Below, piece by piece: positions 52,161 through 63,884 of a stretch of DNA of 64,000 bases. Origin of the DNA: Dicyema japonicum (taxonomy: Eukaryota > Animalia > Dicyemida); the NCBI GenBank assembly GCA_011109175.1, contig RDEW01000019.1, forward strand, positions 427,570-491,569, in the 5' to 3' direction. Below the pieces are notes generated by a model. It saw only the letters and a program-made list of their open reading frames with translations, searched no databases and was not told the DNA's origin. The stretch's first letter is position 1, and each line of letters opens with the position of its first letter. Both the position numbers and the translations under genes were made by a program.

Positions 52161-53997
52161 TTAACAACTTGAATATATTTTGATGACCTTAATATAAATT
52201 TTATTATTTTATATTTGAATTTCATAAAATTTTATTATTTTTTATGATCAATGATACATTTTTCGAATTTCTCAAAGAAAGCATCCATAAGGAAATTAAA
52301 CACCTACCGAACATTAGGACTAGTTGATGTAATTTCTTTTGCAACTTCATTCTCAAAATTCAGATCAATTCATTATATTTCTTGAATAGGTAGCATGTAC
52401 ATAAACGGATGGTATCCGATGATTGATTTACATAGAAATTACGAGATTATATATAAGATAGACATGTGCCTCAGTATCCTATGTAAGTTATACATTCGTA
52501 TGAATAGATTTCATCCTTTTTGTGTCAGTCAGCATAATTTCGAACTCATTTTCAATACAACGTATTGAATTAAGGACTCGTTGCTCCTTCATCAGATAAT
52601 GATCCATAAACCTTTTGAAAAAAATCTTCACAAGAAGCGTGCTCATAGAGGCTTTTAGCTACGAAGAGCATTTTAAATCCTCGTGAGGAGGACTGTGAGC
52701 TTTGGGTGGACATGAGGTTATTCCATACCATATAAGTTTTATCTTTGAAGTATGAATTATCTCCATTCGACATTTTTGTAGTTTGTGATTAAATTAGACA
52801 TTTTTTGATGGACTATTTTCTCTGAAAGTTATGAAATTCAGATTATGGTTAGTTGTAGTGTCTTAGAACACTGTCCAATTGATTTAGCGGCAATTTTAAA
52901 GGAAACAAGCGTAAGTTTTGAGCGAAGAAGTGCTCTCACAAACTCTTGTATTGAATATAGCGTTTTTAATTCAGTTCTCTATTCCAACAAGTTAGTGATA
53001 AAGTGGACATACAGCGGTAATAATCTAAATCATTTGGGAAGGAACTGGGAGGGGGTACAAACATTCTCAATACATTGTAGTATCAATTTTTGCTAAAATT
53101 GAAATTATAATGTATTCAGAGTGATAGGGAAAGCGCATATGTACTTTTTCATTAAGGGAATACACATTGTATTTCAAAATTTGAAATAGTAATCAGATTA
53201 ATAGAGTCATTTGAATGAGACTCGAATAACACGCACAATAAATTAATTAAGAAAAAAATAATAAATTTTTATTTTTCAACATGAATAAAAATAATTTTAT
53301 CTATTTTTAAGTTTAAATTTCATGGGAGCTTATAGATTAACGTGGGACTTGTTAAATTGGCTTTTCTAATAGCAATTAACTTTTCCGACTTAAAGGTAAC
53401 TTATACAAGGTACTTTCTTACCTCATTTTGGTAGATATCGTGTCTACCTATAAACTGAGTTCATATAATTCTCAGGATATTTTTTGATAAGTCTTAAACT
53501 TTTCAGTGAACCTTCTTGATCAAACACGGCTTTGTAGTAGTAACAATTTATCTTTTTTATTTAAACACAAAAATTACCAAGAAAGAAAAGTTAAACCCAC
53601 TAATTGGGTAATTCCAGTCTCCAAAATCTCCCTAGTTCTTCTTGAATGTTTCACCTGCGACTGCCCTCCGAAGTTTTTTTTTTTGTCTGCAGAGGAATTC
53701 TATTGGGGAACACTTTTTATGGTAGATCAGAATTCTTCTGGATGAGCCACCATTTCTCTGAAAGGTTTCCTAACTCCTTACAGAATCAAAAGAATCCCTG
53801 CCCAATTCTCAGCGTCCCTTTTTAGAAAGAGACTGGTGATGGATGAACTGTCTGCTTGCATGAGCCATAAAAATTAACAAATATTTTATTTAAAAATTCT
53901 AAGCATTAAAAATAAAAATTAATAAAAATTTTGACTTTATCGACCTCAAAATTAAATATTAACGGAACTTTACACTACAAAATTTTTTGATTTTTTA

Positions 53998-54320
53998 CCA
54001 CATAGCACCAGAGTTAGTGTGATGCTATGTGGCTACATGAATTAAAGATTACTTGTTTGATTCTTCTGTTCCTCCTCTTTTCCATTGGCTCCAGGTAGCT
54101 TCAATTGCTATCGTGAGTCATGTGGTTCACCATCTCTGGTGTCGCCAGATTTCCATAAATAACCATTAGTCAACAACCACCTAAAGGAGTTCTCCCTGCA
54201 CGGGATCTTCCTCAAGTCCGAGCATGCAAAGACTGCTGAGGGAGACCGGGATCACCTGAATTTTTTATTCTGGCTATGACACTGTTTTTTGGTTTAATAA
54301 CTTGATCATAAAAATTTCAA
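53998..54320 (+). mobile_element. tRNA-derived SINE-like element, copy A
   Basis: Collinear with 60665-60983; decayed B box TGTTTGATTCT; last ~85 nt match the LINE end at 44395-44487. Confidence 0.7.
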
Positions 54321-54544
54321 TTTTAATTTTATTTTTGACTAAAAATCACAATTTTAGAAGTTTTAAATAATTTAGTCAACATATGAATTTTTAAATTCAT
54401 AAGAAAAAATCTCCCTACTCATAGACTTATCCATGTTGTTTATATGCATGATTAGAACGTTACCATGAGGCAATTCAATTCATAACAGGTGAAAAAGTCC
54501 ATCATTTTAGTTGTGTGAGCCTCTCCAGTGTAGTGAAGAAATCC

Positions 54545-54696
54545 TTTTTTTTGCCATTCTGGAACTGAGTGCCACCAGAGACAGGTAGATCACACGATGC
54601 AATTCTATTAAAAGGAAAAGGAGCAACAGAAGAAACAAACAAAAATCTTTAATCAAGTAGCCACATAGCACACCACTAACGTTTGCGTCATGAGGC
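54545..54696 (-). mobile_element. tRNA-derived SINE-like element, copy B (5' half)
   Basis: GCCTCATGACGCAAACGTTAGTGGTGTGCTATGTGGCTAC..AAAGATT..TTCTTCTG matches the heads of copies A and C. Confidence 0.7.
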
Positions 54697-54779
54697 TACA
54701 GCTGTTGATATCTGTAGAAGCAGCGTGGAATACTAGCTAATTAGAAATTAAAAGAATAAAATAAACTTTGGCTACTTCA

Positions 54780-55095
54780 GTTGATCTTTGAATTTCTATA
54801 AGCAGAAGGGCTGAGAGTGTCGGCATTTGGAAACAGTTACTTAGAAGAAAGATGGATTGCGCATAACAAGCTTTATGCGGGCGTCAGACATAACACTCGA
54901 AGTAAGATCCTTGATGTGACAGGGACGGATTCTACCGCTGCTGGGGCTAAAAGTATAAATGGAACAATTGACTTTATATTCCATTACACAAAATTCAGTT
55001 TGTGGTGTGGCACAAAATGCCATAGGTCCTCTGGTGCACTTTGGCGTTTCACCCTTATAGATGGAAAATATCCAAGGAGGGAGCGGCAACAGTAG
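54780..55095 (-). mobile_element. CRE-like RT fragment
   Basis: SSGRIRPCHIKDLTSS matches GLRPGHIKDVTSS at ~48600. Confidence 0.7.
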
Positions 55096-55559
55096 CAGGA
55101 AAAGTCGAAGGGCATCCCTCGTATATCACTCCAAGTGTTACATGAGATCAGTGTCCTGAGACATGCGATCAGTGTAGGACGAAAACCAAGGTTTGGCTAA
55201 GCTGAGAAAAAAATAAATCCGAAATTACAACCCCTGTAACACAACAACAGGCAAAGTTTAATTTTATATTTTTATTTATTCACTTCCAACTGCATTCAAA
55301 TGAAGGAAACCAGTTGGTTAAAAAGCGTGACTACCAATTACGGACGTTTCCAGAGATCCCAAAAGTTGATCCCATGGGGGAAGTACCAAAAGGCGGGACA
55401 GGACACGAGAAAAGGTGATCAGTCAGTGGATATCATGTTTACATAAAAGGAAAGTAGCGACTTTGCCTTCCAGCTCTTGACGGGTTGGCGTTGAAACTCA
55501 CGTGATGACAAATGCGGAAGTATGTCAGGTTTATATGAATATCAAAAGGAAAAGAAGAT

Positions 55560-56250
55560 TAACAAGATATCGATACAGGTGGATGGCGACCAAGAACTTA
55601 AACTCAAGTCTTCAGATCGCATTCTTAGACGCCCAGTCGTGTAATAAAAAAGGAGTTTTATCAAGAGTATTGGTTCCAGGTTAAACTGACGACGGTCAGT
55701 TGTAAACATAAGAATTTAATAGATTATGGTATTCAAGTGTTCTTGAAAGAATGAGAAGCAATGGTGATATGATGACGTGACGTAGTAATGTAATCTCGTT
55801 AGTCCGCAACTTGACAAATATAGGTTAAAAAGTGCCGAGAGAGAACTGAGCCTTAATGAATTCCATCATGTAGGAGGCATCCGTAACGTGAGTTAGATGA
55901 AATCATGATGGAACGTCCAAGACGGTCAGATAGGAACGTGAACAACCACGACTTTATCCGATAAGGAATCTCTGTGTCGAGGATCTTGTTTGTCAATACG
56001 TAATATTATGTTCTGTCGAAAACTTTATCTGCAGAATTATGAACATATTATCTCTTACAATGAAATCCTTTTATAGTAGGGAGCTGGCATATCTTCGCAT
56101 GACCATTAATAGGTTGGCCTCGGAAAAATAACACAACTGAGAGACCAGTTGAGTGAGATTCACCTGAAACTGCTGACCTTGGTAACCTGATGTTGTTATT
56201 GCTTTAGGAAGGTACATCGTGCCAAGAGGAAAATTCTCTTTGAAACATAT
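55560..56250 (-). mobile_element. Degenerate APE-type LINE RT fragment
   Basis: SFR.ISL, DKVFD, IPYRIKSWLFTFLSDR, GIH.GSVLSRHFFNLYLS. Confidence 0.7.
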
Positions 56251-57239
56251 TCCGAATAGCAGCTCCAAAAACTGCGAATGTTTTCTGCGAGAAGCATTTA
56301 CCACGTTGTATTGACGATAAAAAGGAAATTGAGATTTCATCAAGTGATGTGTCTAATATCACTAAAGTAAACATTTAACGGAAGACCATTGGATAAACGG
56401 GCAAGTTATAGCATCTATTGACGGTCTGGGATATATTTTGTATAACGTAAGTGCTATTGTGGATTTTTTTTATAATTAATATTACCTTTCGATATAACGG
56501 AAGTCGAAAGAGCACTTTCAAAACCAATTCTCTTGATCGCCAAAACTGATGGAAACAAAAGTTCAGGTCTAAAACTTAGCAAGTTTAAAAAAACATTCAT
56601 TTTGTGGTCTCAGCGATATGGTATTACAAAAATAAGAGTCAATAAAAAGTGTGAAACATAATCAGGCCGACCCCCAACATTACTTTTAGTAATCGTACAA
56701 ATTTTCATCCAACATTTTAATAATAACGGATTCAACGGTGGTTTAAACTCACTCAATAGGAACATAAAAATGTCGAAAAGTGACTAAGCAATACCCCCAA
56801 AGTATAAAAGCAGGAACACATTTCTTCAATGTGCTATTCATCTTCATAATCAGCAATGAAATGGCACTAAATACAACCAAACGGTCTACAAGTGCTAAAA
56901 AGTATCTTTCAGTTATTCTCTACTTTTAAATTTTCAATCCTCCCGGACAAATTCTGTGACTCCAATTTCCTGACACGGTTCAGTTTCTGTGTATATATAG
57001 TTGTCAAATTTTGAATAACAGTCAAGTGCCTAATGATGTACTCGTTGTTTAAATCTTTGATCTTCTTGTTCATTTCCTTGTTCTCTTCGTCGGCATTTTT
57101 ATTATAATCTTTCATGGAAAATTAAAGTCGCGCAAACTATCATTAAATGTGAATTATTAATTTAAAAAAATGTAATAAAATAATAAAATTTTAAATTTGA
57201 ATTTTATTTTAAAAACTGTGTTATTCTCATTGGGCTTTT

Positions 57240-59345
57240 TAAAGTAAGAAAAGAATAACCTTGTAGTAGGCCCTAGTGACATACATGTATTGGATACCAG
57301 TGTCAAACTGGCAACTAATAGAACCACTACTATTCTTCTGTCGACCTTTTCAACGACCTCTGGGAAGTCGGACTGAATGAAGGCGGCTATTGAGCGGGCG
57401 CGTAGCTTTCGCTCCCAAAGATCGGATTGGCTACTCCTAATCATAGCTGGGGACATCGAACAGAACCTCGGGCTCCATAAAAACGTGAAATTTTTTAATA
57501 TCATGCAATTCAACATAAACGGCCTTATACACAAATCAAATGAACTGTTTTCATTTCTAACTTCCCACAAAATTGATATTGCCATGCTACAGGAATCGAA
57601 ACTATCAAGAAAGTCAACGCTTCCACACTACAAAGACTACTCAATTGTCTGCCATGATCGACCGAATTCAACCAGAGGAGGCGGTGTTCTCATATCATAC
57701 ACAAATCTATTCCATTCCCCGATATTCCGCTCAGACACAAGCTGTTTGAAGATAACGATCACATCGAACTTACTTCTGTCTTAGTGAAAATAAACCACAC
57801 AAGGTATACATTTGTAAATATTTACATCCCGCCACCAAGTCCCAGTATGAAACATTACTCCCCAAAACTCCGAATTGCAATAGATTGAAAATGTGATAAT
57901 CTGCGGAGACCTAAATGCAAAAGACCCTATCCGGCTAATCGGCCAAAAGAGTAATGAGAGGGGGTTTCAGGTCCTCTCTCAACTAGAACAATTAGTTATC
58001 CTCAATGACAGGAAATCACACACTCGAACAGCTTCCAGACCTGGAGACTCTAATACATCACCCGACCTCACACTATGTTCTCCATCACTATTTTTGGCGA
58101 CATCTTGGAGAATTGCAAATGACCTACACTCGGACCATAATCCAATTTACTGTCAATCGAACTACTCTCGCCTATTGAATAACGAATTACAAACGTGCAA
58201 AATGGGATTCATTCAGAGAAGAAATAGAAAAATTTATATCCGACTTTTCGTTGAGAATTTCAAATCGCTTTACGCCGCAATGAAATTTTTTAATGAGGTC
58301 ATTCTCAGTACCGACAAGAAGTACATTCCAAGAGGACTCATTGCAGACTATAATCCTAATTTCACTAAGGAAATTATCGAATAGATTCATAAAAGACGTC
58401 GACTCAAAAAATCAAGAATTTATACGGCCGAACTATCCAATCTTAATGGCGAAATTACAGAATTAATCAACAAGAGGAAATTTGACGTTGGAACACAAAA
58501 ATCAACCAACGAACAAAACTAAAGGATTTTTGGGGTACTCTACGTGGAATTCAGTCGAAACAAAATAGAATGGAGACAACCCACGCCACCAGTATTGACA
58601 AGAATCAAACACCACGTGATTTCACTCATCAGGCAGATGTCATAATGGACCACTACGCAAAAGTGAGTCACATAAATATGAACAAATGCTCTCGTCCATG
58701 CAAATTAAAAAACGTTTAAACTTCTCAAGGAAAACCGATTATAATCAGTACGTCGGATGTCGAAAAACTCATCAAAACGCCAAAAATTTTCCTACCAAAG
58801 GGCTTGATGGAATCTGCATTTTAAGCACCTGGGAATGAAAGGACTCAAAGTAATAACAGACATAATTTATGTGTCCATCAACATGCAGAATTCTGCACAA
58901 TGGAAAAAATTCAAAATAATCCCAATCTTGAGCCCAAGAAGGATCCTTCAGATCCGGGATCTTCAGACCAATTTCACTACTATCTGTAGTATCGAAAATT
59001 TTTGATTGTGTTGTACTGAAACTAATATCGAAGTATCTTCCTGATTTTCAACATGGCTTTCGTCACAATACACAACATTAACACATCTCTCTACCCTAAC
59101 TCAATATATCACTGATGGTTTCAACAATCATAATCCTCCCAAACGGAATATCCTGTATCGATAAAATTCTTGTATCTGGAATTCCTCCATGTCTACAGAA
59201 TTGGTTAACAAATTTCCTTTCTGGAAAAATTGGTCGGTGAAATTACGTCATCTCTATCTCAATAAAGACTTTTTCCAAGTGGAGTTCCCCAAGGCTCCGT
59301 TTTATCACACACCTTATTCAACTTACATTTAAGCGACATTCCAAT
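57240..59345 (+). mobile_element. Ingi/Vingi-like LINE: 2A-like motif, APE, RT; 3'-truncated and heavily frameshifted
   Basis: LLLIIAGDIEQNLGL; MQFNINGL..DIAMLQESKL..DRP..RGGGVL; ICGDLNA; TSPDLTL; SDHNPI; IPRG; FRPISLLSVVSK; FQHGFRHN; YITDGFN..NPP; GVPQGSVLS. Confidence 0.9.
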
Positions 59346-59787
59346 CAGAAATCCAAAAAAATATTAAATTGAAAGTTCGACTGCCAGGACTACTAATATT
59401 GGATGCTTAATTTTAATTCATGAGATAAAAAATAGGAAAACCATTCACAGATGGTGAACACATCAAATCCTGTTTTCTAAAATTGTCACAACTTTTCCAA
59501 AATTTTTTACAAATAAAACAGAGATTTTAATCAAATTAAAATTATACCGTTATCCTCAAAAAACTGCGAATAGAACGAATAAAATGTCTTGCAATGTGAC
59601 GATGCAATAAGATGACCTAAAATAGCTTCTGCAATTTTGGCAAAGGCAATCCAGGGTCAATTATCTCATTAATTACATTAATTATAATTTTGTTATTCTT
59701 TATTATTTAAAAAAGGTGGCTCTTCAATTTTTTAATTGCCAAAAAGCAAGCAAAAATTGGCTCTTTGGCTTAAAAGGTTGCCGACTG
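59346..59787 (+). mobile_element. Internally deleted hAT (GTF2IRD2/SPIN-like) derivative
   Basis: IGKPFTDGEHIKSCFLK transposase motif; ends in TGGCTCTTTGGCTTAAAAGGTTGCCGAC, typical of hAT termini. Confidence 0.75.
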
Positions 59788-59899
59788 GACTACGCGATCA
59801 GCGTATTCCTTTTATTTAGACTTTTGCAGTTTATAAAGACTAATCTTGGCAATCGAGGAAGTCGAAGACGTTTGTATTGAGTCAAAACAGATTTTGCTC

Positions 59900-60330
59900 G
59901 ATTAAATGTCATATATGACCTTCCATGTTGGCGAGGTTATATGAGGAGAGAATGATATCTGTTGAGGTAGGAGATTTGATTATCCGTTCGGACTCCTGAT
60001 GTGACTTTTTGAATTATTAAGGATGTATATGTTTCCAGATTATCTCCAATGAATTTTCCAGATTTATTTGACCTTTGAACCACAAAGGTTATAAGAAGGA
60101 GGAAGTTTGGTTCAATGAAGGCAGTGATATCCATATTGTTCGAATTCATAATGGCGGTATTTCACTTAATTTGTTTGGTAGGCTGTTGACATTAAGTTTT
60201 AGAATTGTTAGGATAGAAGAGGATGGCCCTGGACTTTCTTCATTACTTCCAGATTTGATAAGGAGGAGTGGGAGAGTTATAAGTAGCCAACTCTTTAGTC
60301 CATCATCATTGGGTTTAGAAAAAAGCTAGA
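59900..60330 (-). mobile_element. 5' fragment of a second LINE: 2A-like motif then APE N-terminus
   Basis: LLLIKSGSNEESPGP-SSSILTILKLNVNSLPNKLSEI..MNSNNMDITAFIE. Confidence 0.7.
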
Positions 60331-60664
60331 TTCTTTTCGCAATTTACTTTCAAATGTTTAATCGCCATCACTTGGAGATGGTCCACGTGACATTTATTAT
60401 TACCCCCAGGCTTAAAATCTTTAATAAGCCCCGCACCAACAGTCACAACTAATTAATCCAAGGAAGGAACGTCTTTTGTGCCGACCAAATCCATCCTCCA
60501 GTAGTCCATTACAGACTTCGATTTCTTAGAAGAAATGGAGAAGTAGCTCCACTCCCTTCCATTTTCCTTCCTTCGTGGACATCACTTCATTCTTAGTCAG
60601 AAGATTTTTATAATGGTAATCTTAACCAGTGTTTTGGTCTGGAAAAAGGTAGGAAGATCTCTTT

Positions 60665-60983
60665 CCCGTGGCGCAAACGTTAATACACTGCTATGTGGCT
60701 ACTTTAATTGAAGATTTTTTGTTTGTTTCTTCTGTTTCCCCTCTTCCCTTTGGCTCCAGGAAGATTGAATTGTTAGTGTGCGTCATGTGGTTCACCAGCT
60801 TTAGTGACGCCAGATATAATTCTAAAATATATCTAAAAAGAACCATTAGTCAACAACCATCCAGAGGAGTTCCCTTTGGAGTTCCTTCAAGACCGAGTAT
60901 TCGAAGGAGGACTGGATCACCTGAATTTTTCATTCTGGCTATGACGATTTTTTTCTGGTTCAATAAATTTAAATTTAATTTAA
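60665..60983 (+). mobile_element. tRNA-derived SINE-like element, copy C (most complete)
   Basis: A-box-like GTGGCGCAAACG; tRNA-like GTTAATACACTGCTATGTGGCTAC..GAAGATT; LINE-type tail GGATCACCTGA..TGGTTCAATAAATTTAAATTTAATTTAA. Confidence 0.75.
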
Positions 60984-61379
60984 CTACTGTGTTGTGCCAG
61001 ATGACTCGTCACCTCACGGTGTATCTATTTGACGACGAAAAAAGTTGGATGGAATGAGTTAGTAAGGGTACGGCACTACTAAACCCTAAATATTCATATG
61101 CTTATGGAAGACACGACAGTGTTTTAATTAAAATTAATTTAATCCCTCTTGGAAAGACATTTTACTAAGGAGTCATCAAGTTCCTCCTTTAGTGGTGAAA
61201 TTGTATACACAGAAAAAAACCGTTCGACTTGTCACACTTCCCACTCGATATTTCCATATTTTCCTTATTTTAATATTAATTTAAAAAAAATTTTTACAAC
61301 GAAAGATTTTGTGTTGAAGGTTAGGATAGTCAGGTCACTAAATTGTTCTGAATCCTTTGCAGACATAGATGCAAGAGGC

Positions 61380-61735
61380 ACGTCACCACCTCAACCAAAA
61401 TACAAGAGATGTTGCACGAATCCACTGAGTCTCGAAATTGCTGATATGCGCTGGAGGCTATTTGGACATATCTTGCGTATGGACTTGAGCGCTCCAGCAA
61501 ACATAGCAATGGAGGAATACTTTATGAGACAGGATCGTGCTTTCGTGGACGCCGACGTATTACACTACCTGAAACACTTGACGGAGATCTAAAGCTCGTG
61601 AAAAAACGTCTAAGAAGTGGGGACTGATTGGACGAATCGAGGAAACTCTCTTACGGTCGAGGAGGTTGGAAGAAGTTTGTTCGAAGGATTGTTTTGAATG
61701 CTGCACGAGTGAAATTATAATTATTATGATTTTAA
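61380..61735 (+). mobile_element. RTE-like LINE 3' fragment
   Basis: RWRLFGHILRMDLSAPANIAM..FRGRRR; TAA/TTA-rich tail. Confidence 0.8.
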
Positions 61736-61749
61736 AACTATTATGTTGC

Positions 61750-61980
61750 TTATAATAATAAAGATTTTGTGTTAGAATTCCCAATAACAGCATGAAGTCG
61801 CGGAGAATTCGAAATTTTGTCTAACTTCATAGAAACTATATGATCTATTGATCTCCCATAGTAATCATCCGCTTGGTTCCTCGGTTTAAATTTGGAGATT
61901 GAAGAAGTGACCTGACCAGTGAGCCTAGTGGCCAATTTGTTGAATGGTTGAGCCACTGACGTAGTTCTTGTTCATCGTAG
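61750..61980 (-). mobile_element. Possible Ty3/gypsy gag-protease junction relic
   Basis: SNSPRLHAVIGNSNTKSLL resembles the lead-in to LLD(S/T)GA; cut off by the RTE tail before the catalytic Asp. Confidence 0.3.
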
Positions 61981-62559
61981 CACAGTTCTACACTTAATGT
62001 CTTCATCTCAATATTGTTGTAAGTCTCGTTCCCCTTCTCGAGATATCGAATATGCTAATTCTTGTAAACAAAGAAGCATCGGATGTCAATCTAGACGAAA
62101 TTCGAGGACCTTGGATAAGTCTGATGAAGAACAGGATAAATATTAGTTAGTACAACGAGAGATATCTCCGAATAAGAAAGTTTAGAAAATCCGGCGATTT
62201 GTTCCCAGAACAGACATCATCGAGCAAGGGAATGTGAAATTTAAGATAAAAAACAAGCAATTGGAAAAAAGTTAAACAATCCTTATTAATAGCCACATAC
62301 AGCATTAAAAGATCGTAATTTTCTTTATAATACACATGACTGGGATTCGAATTCAAATCAGTAGGGATCGAGTCGATTGAGATGAATTGTGTTCTTCATT
62401 CAGTCCATACACGTTAGAAAAGATCAAGATGACTGGTTGAGAATTATAATAGGGCTTTCCTCCTTTATGTGACTCATCAATTTTTATCGCTTTAAAATTC
62501 TTAGTTCATAAAGTCGGTTAGCATTCAATATAAGTTTTAAGGTTTGTCTTATTTATGCA

Positions 62560-63720
62560 GGATTACCGCTTTAGAGAAAAAAAAATCTTCAAGTGAGCCA
62601 ATTCTCAAGGTCAGTGTTAGACTCATAAATTACAATCATCACAGCCATCCGTATTCGACATTGTGGGAACCCTTTTTTCTTTAGCAAAACTTGCTATCGG
62701 TTTCGACTGCTATCCGTGCAGGTAGTGTAGGATCTGACAAATGAGATTGGTAGCAGCGTTGATGGAAGAAAGAAACGGTCATTTCAAGAGGTGAACTAAT
62801 ATTGATTTTTCAAAAATGAAACGGTAAGTTTGTCAAAAGAAATGTTCAATAATTTCTCAATAGACCTTAATCTCTCGTTAATTGTCTTCAAGAGGTCCGT
62901 ATTTGTAAACACTAAACAGTCTTAGAGACAAAAGGTAAGGAAGCGTTCTATGGAAATTCAGTAGGATGCAAAGTTAAGTATGCCTGTCAAGAATGATGAG
63001 ATTGTTGAAAAAACAGCTCGGAGTCATTCTTTGTTTATAAGAAAGTTGATATTTTCCTGTGTGGTAGAGTGGAGCCAAAAAGTATGGCATCTTCACCAAC
63101 GATGTTAATTTTCTGGCGAGAAAAGCAGATATCGCTAATAGCGCTTGAGAAATGTTGTCATTGAAGCATGTCACATTTATGATCTTGCAATTGCAAGGAT
63201 TTAGTATTCAAAGTCCAGAAGGTTAAGCTAACCTCTGTCGTCACAGTATGCCAATCTCGTCCAATCATTTGTACTATAAATAAAGAACTGTCCAGATTAC
63301 GGAAGACTGGAACTTACTCCACAGGGTGAATAGTGAAGGTCCTAACCGGTCTACTTGATGAACATAGCTAGGGGATACCAAAGTGTTCACCATCTGTGAA
63401 TGGTTTTCCTATTTTTTATCTCATGAATTAAAATTAAGCATCCAATATGGCAGACGAACTTTCAATTTTAATATTTTTTGGATTTCTTGTACTGCTAGTT
63501 TTCGTACATCGCTAATTAGATATTTTCTTAAAAAATACTTTTAAAGTTTCTCTCAAATTTGACTTTATTTTTTGGTTGAATGTTTTCTGGCAAAGGAGAC
63601 TTTTGGTAGGTGATCTGAGCTTTATATTATGGCTAAAGTCTCAGTCCATTGAGGTTGAAAAAACGTTTTCTATCCGTCTTATTTATAGACATAATTGAAG
63701 AGCCACAAACAGAAAATGAT
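62560..63720 (-). mobile_element. Second deleted hAT derivative of the 59346 family
   Basis: 63385-63488 is nearly identical (one 11-nt indel) to 59346-59462 in reverse; downstream W..RLAY..D..LNTKSLQLQ remnants; subterminal GTGGCTCTTCAATT. Confidence 0.65.
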
Positions 63721-63884
63721 TAAGCGAGTAAGATTTTTAAAATTAAAATATTAAAAATATGTAATAATTCAAATAAAAATTTAATTTAATATAACATCTA
63801 ACAAATTTTGATAGTTTGTGTAAACGTGGTCTCTGGTGTTATTATTATCATTGATAAGGCTATTAATGTTCTCAATAATGTATT

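Noticed and set aside
57240-57430. HDV-like ribozyme expected at an Ingi-type 5' end
   Set aside because: A TCAACG L3-like word is present but P1/P3 pairings could not be formed; an RNAMotif or Infernal search would be decisive.
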